DNA of 64,000 bases from contig JAKJGY010000001.1 in assembly GCA_022704145.1 (NCBI GenBank), positions 5,445 through 69,444 on the forward strand, written 5' to 3'. A program made the position numbers and the translations under genes. Below the pieces are notes generated by a model. It searched no databases. It saw only the letters and a program-made list of their open reading frames with translations, and had not been told where the DNA came from. This DNA comes from Verrucomicrobiota bacterium. Its GTDB lineage: Bacteria; Verrucomicrobiota; Kiritimatiellia; RFP12; UBA1067. Positions 6,668 to 16,425 of the stretch are shown piece by piece; within the stretch, counting starts at the first letter, position 1, and each line of letters begins with the position of its first letter.

Positions 6668-9600
6668 CTAAAAGCCCATACCAAGTGACGTTAACAGGTC
6701 TCGCGCAAGACGCAAGCCAATGTCACTTTTAGAATCTCCTGCCGGTTTACCTCCTATCCATAGCATCGGAGGAGAAACACTTTCTTCAGGTTTTCCAGCT
6801 CCTCTTGAGGCTGATCGCATATAACACTCCAAAGTATCCCATCCACCACCCCTCTGAATTCGCCTCGAACCAAAATCCGGTCCTTTAGGGTCAGTAACAG
6901 TTTCTAGCGGGTAGTCTCCTAACCAGTCCTGGCACCACTCCCAAACGTTTCCATGCATATCATACAAACCCCAAGCATTCGGTACAAACGACCCTACCGG
7001 TAATGTCTTGCGCCGAATAAAGGATTTATCGTGATATCCGTCCGCATTCAAATTTACATATTTTGCATGTAATTCATTCCCAAAATGAAAGGCCGTTGTT
7101 GTTCCCGCCCGACATGCATACTCCCATTCCGCCTCTGTCGGCAGTCGAAACCCACCACCAGAAACTCGAGCGTTTAATTTACGTATAAACTCTTGACAAT
7201 CAAACCATGAAATTTGTTCCACTGGCGCATTTGGCCCTGAATTCTTAAAAAAACTTGGATTGCTTCCCATTATGTTTTCCCATACCTTCTGCGTGACTTC
7301 AGTTTTTCCTAGCCAAAATCCTTTCGTTAATATTACACGATGTTGAATTTTCTTCTTATCTTCTTCTTCGCTACGAATTCCAGTATCCTCGTTATATGGT
7401 GTTCCCATCATAAAACTCCCCGACGGACACCATACCAGTTCGAATTTTGCTCCATTACCAAGATCGATAGATTGTAGCTCGCCCGCACTCGGCTCTATTA
7501 TGAGATTATCTGATAATTTGATTATTTCCGTCTTAAGGGTCTGAAAAGCAATCTTGTCATTTTCGGAAAGATAATTAAAATTCACCTCAGAAGCCGCTTG
7601 CAGGACATCTTTTGCCTCCTGTTTTCGCCTCCGATTTGTAGGACTTACTTTTTCTCCCTTACTCAGTTGCTCTTCTATCTTAACAGCATCACTTTTCCAC
7701 ACCGCGTAATCATTTTCGGCACGTTCTCGAGCCTGCAGTTCCTCACGCGCCTTCTTCTCCGCCGCCAGCCGCTCCGCCTCGGCCTTCTCTGCCGCTTGGG
7801 CCTCATCCGCCGCACCCAGAAGTCCCGCGAGCGCGTCCCGGTAGGCCTTCGCGCCCGCCGCAGGATCGTTGGCGGAAGCCTCGCCGAGCTTCTGCAGGCG
7901 CTTGACTTCGGCCCACTTCGCGCCGCCGTGCGCGTCCAAGAGGGCGGCTCGCGAGGAAGCGGGTCCACCCAACTCGGTCTCAAAGGCGGACTTGGCGTTC
8001 GCGCAGGCTTGGACGGAGAGGGCTAGGGCCTTGGCGGAGGCGTAGGAGACGGCGGATTCCTGCCAAGCTTTCGAAGCTTCGACAAACGAGCCTTTCTCGA
8101 ACAATTCGGCGGCTCGCGAGAACGCTCGCCCTCCAGCCGCATAGAGATCATTTGCGTCGGATGCAGAACCTGATTGATCCGCATCGACAATAGCCTTCTC
8201 AGCCTCCCCCCTTCGCGTCTTGGCGTCTTGGCGGGAGACCTCATTCCCCTCCAGCGCCTTACACGCCGCCAGCGCGGCGTCGTACCCGGAGAGCGCCTGC
8301 CCCCAGCCCTGACTTTGCCGCGCCGCCTCGGCCTCGCGCCACGTCACCTCCAGCGCGTCGAGCTTCGCGCCTAAACCTTGCCCGCGCTCCAGCTTCTGCA
8401 CTTTCTCCCGCGCCACCGACGCAGCCGCGTAGCGCTTATTCGCCTCGCGTTCTCCCGCCTTGGACTCGTATTTCTTCTGCAAATCGTCCACCGCCCCACC
8501 CGCGCCCTTCAGCTCCGCGATCCGTGCCCCGGCGGCCTCCAGGTCGCCCGAGGCCAGCGCCGCCTCGGCCGCGGCCTTCAGCTCCGCCGCCTTCGCACGC
8601 TGCGCCGCGTCCAGCGTCGCCGCCCGTTCCGCCGCCACGCGTTCGCCCGCAAGCCGGGCGGCATGGGACCTATAAGCGGTATAGGCTCCATAGCTCCCAA
8701 AACCCAACACCGCTGCGACTGTCAATGCGAGCGCCGCTTTCCGGCCCCCGCTCTCGTACCTCTGATCTTCTGCCCCGGCGGCTCGTGGAGACGCTCGCCC
8801 CCCAAGCGCCACGACAAGGTCGCCGCACGTTGCAAAGCGCTCGGCGGGCTCCTTCGCCAGCCCCCGCAGCAGCGCCGCGCTCTGCGCCTTGGTCAGCTCC
8901 GCCAATGACTCCGGATTCTCCATCTTGGCCGCGTTCGCCATGACCGCCGGGTCGCCGGTGTCAAATGCGCTCGCGAAGGGCACCGCGCCGCTCACCAGTT
9001 CGTAGAAGAGTACAGCCAACGCATACTGGTCCGTACGCCCGTCCTGCCGCCTTCCAGCCCACTGCTCCGGCGCCATGTAAGGCCTCGTCCCGCTAGTGTC
9101 GCCTCTCTCCTGACTTACGCGCGACATCGACGACCGTATCTCCGCCGCCAACCCGAAGTCTAAGACCCTCACCGCCACTTCTGCGCTTGTCGTTTCCCCG
9201 ACCTTGTGGCCTCTTCCTTCTACCCGCGTTTCCACCATCACGTTCGACGGCTTCACATCGCGGTGTACGACCTTCTCGCCATGCGCGTAGTCCAGCGCTG
9301 CCGCGATCTGGCGGCACACCTCCAGCGTCTGCACGACAGGGACCTTGCCTTCGGAAAACTGCTTGCGCCACCTGTTGAGCGTCACTCCCGGCGCGTAGGC
9401 CATCACCATCAACGTGTCGCCGGGCAACACCCGCAGCGCCTGCCGCACCTTCTCGTCGGCATAGGAGACCTCCCGGGCCGGATGCAAGTGCAGCGCGGCC
9501 GCGATGTGCGGGTGGTGCAGTTTCGAGACCAAGGCGAAGTTCTCGCGGATGCGTTCCAGTTCGTCCGCGTTGTTCTTGACGAGCGGCGGGAGACCCTTCA

Positions 9601-9796
9601 CCGCCACATCGACACCGGCCACTGTGTCGCGCGCGAGGTAAACCACACCGAAGCCGCCGCCGCCCAGCTCGCGCATCAGTTCGAACTGGTCTATGCGCCC
9701 GATAGGAGCGCCCGCGGGCTTCAGCGTGTCGTGACCGCCCAGACTGCGGTCCTCCGCCCCGCGTTTCGTCCACTGATTGCCGATCGAGTTATCCAT
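6668..9796 (-). CDS. Ser/Thr protein kinase - transmembrane segment - ~550-aa Ala/Glu/Lys-rich coiled coil - C-terminal FGE/SUMF1-like (formylglycine-generating-enzyme family) domain
   Basis: Kinase motifs are present (GGGGFGVVYLARD, HRDVKPSNVMV, DFGLAA, GTRPYMAPEQ). A predicted TM helix follows (ALALTVAAVLGFGSYGAYTAY). The FGE-sulfatase signature is WCPSGSFMMG...LPTEAEWEYACRAG...GLYDMHGNVWEWCQDW...RGGGWDTLECYMRSASRG. The coding GC drops from ~68% to ~45% at about 7.7 kb. Confidence 0.85.
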   Translation of the reverse strand: MDNSIGNQWTKRGAEDRSLGGHDTLKPAGAPIGRIDQFELMRELGGGGFGVVYLARDTVAGVDVAVKGLPPLVKNNADELERIRENFALVSKLHHPHIAAALHLHPAREVSYADEKVRQALRVLPGDTLMVMAYAPGVTLNRWRKQFSEGKVPVVQTLEVCRQIAAALDYAHGEKVVHRDVKPSNVMVETRVEGRGHKVGETTSAEVAVRVLDFGLAAEIRSSMSRVSQERGDTSGTRPYMAPEQWAGRRQDGRTDQYALAVLFYELVSGAVPFASAFDTGDPAVMANAAKMENPESLAELTKAQSAALLRGLAKEPAERFATCGDLVVALGGRASPRAAGAEDQRYESGGRKAALALTVAAVLGFGSYGAYTAYRSHAARLAGERVAAERAATLDAAQRAKAAELKAAAEAALASGDLEAAGARIAELKGAGGAVDDLQKKYESKAGEREANKRYAAASVAREKVQKLERGQGLGAKLDALEVTWREAEAARQSQGWGQALSGYDAALAACKALEGNEVSRQDAKTRRGEAEKAIVDADQSGSASDANDLYAAGGRAFSRAAELFEKGSFVEASKAWQESAVSYASAKALALSVQACANAKSAFETELGGPASSRAALLDAHGGAKWAEVKRLQKLGEASANDPAAGAKAYRDALAGLLGAADEAQAAEKAEAERLAAEKKAREELQARERAENDYAVWKSDAVKIEEQLSKGEKVSPTNRRRKQEAKDVLQAASEVNFNYLSENDKIAFQTLKTEIIKLSDNLIIEPSAGELQSIDLGNGAKFELVWCPSGSFMMGTPYNEDTGIRSEEEDKKKIQHRVILTKGFWLGKTEVTQKVWENIMGSNPSFFKNSGPNAPVEQISWFDCQEFIRKLNARVSGGGFRLPTEAEWEYACRAGTTTAFHFGNELHAKYVNLNADGYHDKSFIRRKTLPVGSFVPNAWGLYDMHGNVWEWCQDWLGDYPLETVTDPKGPDFGSRRIQRGGGWDTLECYMRSASRGAGKPEESVSPPMLWIGGKPAGDSKSDIGLRLARDLLTSLGMGF

Positions 9797-10009
9797 CAGT
9801 TACCCCACTCTCGTCCTACAAGTTCAAAAGTCGTTACATTATGAATAATGACCATGGATAAAGGTTTGCACTAACTTTCTAATTTAACACTTTGACAACT
9901 ATAAATCGGCAACGTTGGAGTGTCAATATTGCGCTTCCGTTTTCTTAATCTCGACAGAAACGATTATCCGTTAGTCTGTTGATTCCGCGCCTTAGATGGA
10001 GGCGCGGAT

Positions 10010-11071
10010 ATGGCACTGACGGTCTACACGAGCAAGGATAACGCGTGGCGGGAGTATGTGAACCCGCTGCGGGGCATGACGTTGGAGCGGATTGTCAGCC
10101 TCATTGAGCAGGGTGAACGCGGGGCGTTCGCGGATCTCCAGTGGTTCTACCAGGCGATGGAACGGTCGGACGCGCTCATCGCCACGGTGCTGATGCGCCG
10201 GCGGGCGGCGCTGCTCGCCTGCCAGTGGGACGTGCAGCCCGAGGAGTCGCCGACCGACACGGTGCTGGCCTGCGAGCAGGCAGCCTTCCTGCGCGACCAG
10301 TACGACCGCGTGGAGAACCTGCGCGAGGCGGTCGCCTTTCTGGCCTCCGCCACCTTTCCGGGCTTCGCGCATGTCGAGAAGCACTACGCCGAGGGCGGCC
10401 GGGGCATCGTGCGCCTGGAGCCGGTGGAACAGTGGTTCTGGTGCCGCAGCGGCATGTTCGGCGAGTGGAGCTACAACCGCGACGCCCGCTCCGGTGTGGA
10501 TGAGGGGGAGAAGATCGAGCGCGCGAACTTCGCGATTGTGGAGTCCCCTATCGCCCTCGACCGCATCCTGGCGGTGCAGTACTTTCGACGCAACCTCGCC
10601 CTGCGCGACTGGAGTTCGTTCCTCGATGTGTACGGCATCCCGTCCATGTTTTTCATCGGCCCGCCCGGCGTGACGGACGAGAAGGAGAAGCAGTATCTGG
10701 CCATCGCACAGGATCTCGTCAAGGACGGACACGGCTATCTGCCCAACGGCACCGACGTGAAGTACGTCAACGGCGGCGGCACTGGCAAGCCACCTTTCCG
10801 TGACCATCTGGACTATCTCGACCGGCAGATCACCCTGCTCGGCACAGGCGGCCTGCTCACGATGCTGACCGAGAGCGGTAGCGGCACGCTGGCCGGATCG
10901 GCGCATCAAGAGGCATTTAACCAGGTGGCCAAGGCCGACTCGGTCATGGTGTCTGAAACCCTGCGGCGGGACTTCGACAAGCCGCTGCTGGCAGCCGCGT
11001 TCCCCGGCTGGCCCGTCGAGGCTGGGTTTGAGTTGAGCATGGAAGAGATGGCTGTTAGCGTTATAGGCTGA
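10010..11071 (+). CDS. phage portal protein, tentatively Mu gp29-like (DUF935)
   Basis: A 353-aa ORF (MALTVYTSKDNAWREYVNPLRGMTLERIVSLIEQ...QYFRRNLALRDWSSFLDVYGIPSMFF...). Its last ~88 codons recur as a diverged copy at 18176-18445. Other Mu-type head genes lie nearby. Confidence 0.55.
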   Translation: MALTVYTSKDNAWREYVNPLRGMTLERIVSLIEQGERGAFADLQWFYQAMERSDALIATVLMRRRAALLACQWDVQPEESPTDTVLACEQAAFLRDQYDRVENLREAVAFLASATFPGFAHVEKHYAEGGRGIVRLEPVEQWFWCRSGMFGEWSYNRDARSGVDEGEKIERANFAIVESPIALDRILAVQYFRRNLALRDWSSFLDVYGIPSMFFIGPPGVTDEKEKQYLAIAQDLVKDGHGYLPNGTDVKYVNGGGTGKPPFRDHLDYLDRQITLLGTGGLLTMLTESGSGTLAGSAHQEAFNQVAKADSVMVSETLRRDFDKPLLAAAFPGWPVEAGFELSMEEMAVSVIG

Positions 11072-11209
11072 TAGTATTTTAGGCAGGAGAATGACGGATC
11101 AGCGTTTCAAAGAAAGGATGCAAGGGTTGCGGAATATAGACCTGAGTTCTCTGCCGGGGGCGCATGCGGCATCTTCTTCGGATTCACACCTATTGTGAAT
11201 GAACCGGCA

Positions 11210-12411
11210 TCACTCGTGGCGGAGCGCCTCGATAGGGTCCAGCCGGGCGGCCTTGCGGGCCGGGAAATAACCAAACACGACGCCGACAGCCGCCGAAAAC
11301 ACGAAGGACACGGCGATGATCGAGGTGTTGAAGACGAAGGGCACCATCAGGACCTGCGCCAAGGCCACCGAGGCCGCGATCGCCAGGGCGATGCCGAGGA
11401 GCCCGCCGAACGAGGAGATCACCACGGACTCGACCAGAAACTGCATGAGAACCTCCCACTCCAGCGCGCCGATGGCCAGGCGCGTACCGATCTCGCGCGT
11501 ACGCTCCGTGACCGACACCAGCATGATGTTCATGATGCCGATGCCGCCGACCAGCAGGCTCACCGCCGCCACAGCGCCGAGCAGCGAGGTCATCATTTTT
11601 GTCGTCCCGGACAGCATAGACGCGATCTCCTTCATGTCCATCACGTCGAAGTTGTCCTCCTCGTTGGAGGAGAGGTGGCGCCGCACGCGCAGCAGCCGCG
11701 CGATCTCCCGCTCGACCTTCGCCGTATCCGCGCCGTCCCGGACAGTGACCTGGATCATGTTCACGTCCGTGTTGCCCGCGATGCGGCGCTGAAACGTGCG
11801 CAACGGGAGCACGACGAGGTCGTCCTGGTCGGTTCCCATGGTGGACTGCCCCTTGGGCTCGAGCAGGCCGATCACCTGGCAGGAGAGCTTGTTCAGGCGG
11901 ATGCGCGCGCCGATCGGGTCGCCGCCGCCGAAAAGCTTGGCGCGCACCGTCTCGCCGATCACGCACACAGCCGTTCCAGCCCTCACCTCGCCCGCCGAGA
12001 AGATCCTGCCCGCCTTGACCGCGCGGTTGTTGACCGCGAAGTAAGCCTCGGAGCTGCCGGTCACGCTCGTGCTCCAGTTCTCATTCGCGTTGATCGCGGT
12101 CGCGGAGCTACTGGCTGTGGGTGCGACGGCGACGAGGGACGCGATGTCGCGCTCGAGCGCCTCGGCGTCGGCCAGCTTGAAGGGCGCGGCGCCCGACGAC
12201 TGCCCCGGCCCCATGTGTTTGCCGGGGTTGACCATGAGCATGTTGCTCCCCAGGCCCGCGATCTGCTCGGTGACCTGCTTGGTGGCACCGCCGCCCAGCG
12301 TGACCAAGGTGATGACCGCCGCCACGCCGATGATGATGCCGAGCATCGTCAGAAATGACCGCATCTTGTTGCGCCTCAATTCCCGCAGAGCCAAAAGAAA
12401 AGCGTTCCAGA

Positions 12412-12415
<4 letters not shown>
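11210..12415 (-). CDS. ABC transporter permease, MacB/FtsX family
   Basis: MIWNAFLLALRELRRNKMRSFLTMLGIIIGVAAVITLV... with the characteristic MacB N-terminal TM, large periplasmic domain and C-terminal FtsX TMs. It overlaps the upstream ATPase by 4 nt. Confidence 0.85.
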
Positions 12416-13130
<715 letters not shown>

Positions 13131-13134
<4 letters not shown>

Positions 13135-14444
13135 TTCTGCTTTCCTGTTGTCATTTCGGTTACCGCGCTCATGCCGGGCTCGAGCCCGTCGCCGGTCACC
13201 TCGGTGTGAAGCCCGTCCGTCATGCCCGCGGAAACCGGCACCGCGCAGAGCGCGCCGCCCCGCAGGACGTACACGCGCTGCGCCTTGTTGGTCGACGTCG
13301 CCTCGCTCGCCCTCGTCTCCGAGCGCGGCGGGTGCGGAAGCAGGGAGCTGACCAAGCCTCCCCCGCCGCCCTTCTGCCCCGCGCCCTCCGCCTGAGCCTG
13401 CGGCGGCTCGAAGCGCAGCGCCGCATTGGGGACCAACAGGACGTTTTCCAGCTTCTTCGTAGTGATGACCGCCGTCGCCGTCATGCCCGGCCGCAGCGCA
13501 AGGTCGTCGTTGTTGACCTTGAGAACCGTCGTATAGGTGACCACGCCATCGGTCGTCTTCGAGCCATAGCGGACCTGCGTGATGCGCGCGGGGAAACGCT
13601 TGTCGGGATAGGCGTCCACCGTGAAGGAAGCCTCCTGCCCCTCGCACACCAGGCCGACGTCGGCCTCGTCGACATCGACCTGAAGCTCGAGCTGTTTCAA
13701 ATCCTCGGCCAGCTTAAAGAGGACCGGTGCCTCAAACGAGGCGGCGACCGTCTGCCCCGGCTCGACCTTGCGCTGCAGCACCACGCCGTCGACCGGCGAG
13801 TGGATCACGGCTTTCTCCAAATCGGACTTGTTGACGTTCAGCGACGCCTGGGCTTGGGACACCTCCGCCTTGGCGCTGGCCACGCCCGCCCGCGCCCGGG
13901 CGACCGCCGCCTCCTGCGCCTCGAGCTCGTACTGCGAGGGCACCTTCCCCCCGCTCAACTCGCGCACACGGCTCAGGCGGCCCAGCTGCGCGTCGGCCTC
14001 TTTCAGCGTGGCCTCGGCCTCGAGCACCTTGGCCCGGGACGACTCCAAAGCCGACTCGCTCTGCAAAACCTGCGCCTCGAGTTTCGACGTGTCGATGCGC
14101 GCCAGCACCTGGCCGCGCCTGACGCGGTCATTGTAGTCGGCGTCGACCGTCTTCAGCGTCCCTGACACCTCGGAGCCCACCTCCACCTCGTTGACCGGCT
14201 CCAGCGTCCCCGTCGCGCTGACGGAGATCGTCAGATCGCCGCGCGACACCGGCTTCGTCTCGTAGCGGACGGCCGACTCGGCCTGCCTCTTGCCGGCGTA
14301 AAACCCGAACAGCAAATAGCCGGCGGCAACCGCAAGCACCGCCGTCCCAATCCGGGAAAGCCACCGGCGGAGGCCCGACCTCTTCGTTCCCAGCGTCCGG
14401 GCAATGTCACACTTCTGAATCTCATTCACCTTGCTCATAGACAA
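13131..14444 (-). CDS. efflux periplasmic adaptor (HlyD/MacA-type membrane fusion protein)
   Basis: N-terminal TM, long coiled-coil hairpin, lipoyl/beta-barrel motifs (IHSPVDGVVLQRKVEPGQTV). It is paralogous to 38315-39523. Confidence 0.8.
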
Positions 14445-14447
14445 ACC

Positions 14448-15929
14448 TCACTTGTTATCGGAACTCTTCACTTCGTTTTGCGCCAGCGAATCCCAGCCGC
14501 CGCCCAGCGCCTTGAAAAGACGGATCAAGTCGGCGGTCACATCGGCCTCGCTGGAGGCCAGCGTGTTCTGCACCGACAGCAGCGACTTCTGCGTGTCCAG
14601 CACGGTCTGAAAGTCGATCAGCCCGGAGGCGTATTTTTCGCGCGCCAGCCGGAACGCGCCGCTGCCCGCCGCCTCGGCCTCGCGCAGCGCATCCCGCCGG
14701 TCGCGCTCGTTGGCGTACGCCGTCAGGGCGTTCTCCACGTCCTTGAGCGCAGTCAGTACCGCCGCCTCGTAAGCGCCAAGCGCCTCCTCCTGCAGGGCGG
14801 TCTGCACCGCGACCTTCTGCCGGATGCGCCCGCCGTCGAAAAGGGTACACCCCGCCTTCGCCGCGCCCTGCGCCGCGCGCGCGCCGGCCGTGTAGAGATT
14901 ACCCGCCGTCAACGCCTCCAGCCCGACCGAGCCGCTGAGTGTAAGGTCGGGATACCGCGCCGCCTCGGCCACCCCGATCTGCGCGGTCTGCGCAGCCAGC
15001 TTGCGCTCCGCCTGCCGCACGTCCGGCCGCCGCCGCAGGAGGTCGGCGGGAACGCCGACGGCAATCTTGTCCGCCGCCGTCGGCACAGGCTGACGCCCGC
15101 CCAGCAGCACGCGCACAGAGCCCGGAGCCTGCCCCAGCAGCGTCGCGATCTGGTGCTCGGCCTGGTCCAGGCCCGTCCTCAGCAGCGGCAGCGCCGCGCG
15201 CGTCTGCTCGAGGCTCATCCGAGCCTGGTCCACATCGAGCTGCGTGACCAGGTTGGCCTCCTGGCGCCACCGGGTGATCGCGTAGGTCTCGGCCTGCGCC
15301 GCCAGGTTGGTCTCGGTGATCTCCAGCCGGGCCTGATACGACCGGTAATCGACGTAGCTCAGCGCCACCTCGGCGGTCAGCGAGACCAGCACGTCTGCGA
15401 GCGACGCCTGAGACGCTTCGAGGGAGGCCTGGGCCGACTCGAGCTCGCGCTTCTTGCCTCCGAACATATCGAGCTCCCAAGAGGCATCCAGAGAGTTTCC
15501 GTACAGGGTCGAGGTCTGGCCACCGCCGGTTTCCTCGCTGCCCCGGCTCCGGCTGGCCGACGCATTGGCCGCAACCGTCGGCCGGCGGTCAGCGGCCGCC
15601 AGCGCGCGCTGCGCTCTCGCCTGGCGCAGCCGCGCCTCCGCCTGCCGCACGTCGAGGTTTCCGGCGCGGGCCCGCACAACCAAGCTCGAAAGCACCGGAT
15701 CGCGGAAAGACGACCACCAGCAGCTGAAGTCCGCAGCCTGGCAGGCCGCTTCAGAGCCTGCCGTCGGAGCCGCGTTCGTAGCGGCAGGGGCCTCGCGCGA
15801 CCACGCCGCAGGAAGCGGCGTTTCCGGGGCTTTGTAGTCGGGTCCGACGGTCATGCAGCCCGCTGCCGCCGCGACGCCCGCGGCGACCACGCCAGCCATC
15901 CTCTTTGCTGTCAGCGCCAAGCTCTTCAT
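14448..15929 (-). CDS. efflux outer-membrane factor lipoprotein (NodT/OprM/TolC family)
   Basis: Signal + lipobox (MKSLALTAKRMAGVVAAGVAAAAGC), followed by a TolC-like duplicated helical/barrel repeat pattern. Start chosen at 15929. Confidence 0.8.
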   Translation of the reverse strand: MKSLALTAKRMAGVVAAGVAAAAGCMTVGPDYKAPETPLPAAWSREAPAATNAAPTAGSEAACQAADFSCWWSSFRDPVLSSLVVRARAGNLDVRQAEARLRQARAQRALAAADRRPTVAANASASRSRGSEETGGGQTSTLYGNSLDASWELDMFGGKKRELESAQASLEASQASLADVLVSLTAEVALSYVDYRSYQARLEITETNLAAQAETYAITRWRQEANLVTQLDVDQARMSLEQTRAALPLLRTGLDQAEHQIATLLGQAPGSVRVLLGGRQPVPTAADKIAVGVPADLLRRRPDVRQAERKLAAQTAQIGVAEAARYPDLTLSGSVGLEALTAGNLYTAGARAAQGAAKAGCTLFDGGRIRQKVAVQTALQEEALGAYEAAVLTALKDVENALTAYANERDRRDALREAEAAGSGAFRLAREKYASGLIDFQTVLDTQKSLLSVQNTLASSEADVTADLIRLFKALGGGWDSLAQNEVKSSDNK

Positions 15930-16279
15930 GGTATGTTCCTTACGACGGACGGTTTCGCCGCTCCGCAGTGCCTGCTCTCGCCATCGCCCAGCAGCGCGGC
16001 CAGCGCCTCGTAGCCGTGCCAGCGCGCAATGGCTTGGGCGGACATGCCCCAGATGTTGCACGCGCGGGTGTCCGCCCCCGCCGCCAGCAGGGTTTTCACC
16101 AAAGAGAGGCTTCCGCCCATTGCCGCCGCCATCAGCGGCGTGATGCCGTCGCCGTCCGCCGCGTCGACGTCGGCCCCGGAATCCAGAAGGGCCCGGACCT
16201 CTTCCTCGCGCCCCGCGTGCGCGGCCAGCACCAGTGCGGGGACCTCCCCTCGCAACCCTCGCAGTACGCTCGTTTTCAT
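15926..16279 (-). CDS. ankyrin-repeat protein (2-3 ANK repeats), first gene of the efflux operon
   Basis: LVLAAHAGREEEVRALLDSGADVDAADGDGITPLMAAAMGGSLSLVKTLLAAGAD matches the ANK consensus. There is no signal peptide. Confidence 0.65.
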   Translation of the reverse strand: MKTSVLRGLRGEVPALVLAAHAGREEEVRALLDSGADVDAADGDGITPLMAAAMGGSLSLVKTLLAAGADTRACNIWGMSAQAIARWHGYEALAALLGDGESRHCGAAKPSVVRNIP

Positions 16280-16291
16280 GCTTGCCCTATT

Positions 16292-16309
16292 CGCAGGGCG
16301 CGTGCCAAG
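16292..16309 (-). promoter_or_regulatory. sigma-54 (-24/-12) promoter TGGCACG-N4-CTGC immediately upstream of the ankyrin/efflux operon
   Basis: The minus strand reads TTGGCACGCGCCCTGCGAA with exact GG...GC spacing (GG at 16307/16306, GC at 16295/16294). A divergent sigma-54 activator gene starts at 16426. Confidence 0.55.
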
Positions 16310-16368
16310 GCCCAAAAGCCCCATTTACCCCCTTATTTTCGCCTGCAATGCCACATGTTTCATTTGCA

Positions 16369-16405
16369 AGTGACATATGATTAATCTTATACTTTCCTTG
16401 TCACT
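16369..16405. promoter_or_regulatory. inverted repeat AGTGACA-N23-TGTCACT in the AT-rich divergent intergenic region; candidate enhancer/regulator binding site
   Basis: Seen in sequence. It lies ~70-110 bp upstream of the -24/-12 promoter, where bEBP upstream activating sequences usually sit. A second imperfect palindrome, GCAATG...CATTTGC, lies at 16343-16367. Confidence 0.35.
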
Positions 16406-16425
16406 TACGAGAGGGGTTTTCAACG

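Noticed and set aside
9992-10909. 305-aa minus-strand ORF opposite the portal gene
   Set aside because: It is antisense to the portal ORF, which has coding-like composition and a duplicated homologue. The minus-strand frame has no recognisable features.
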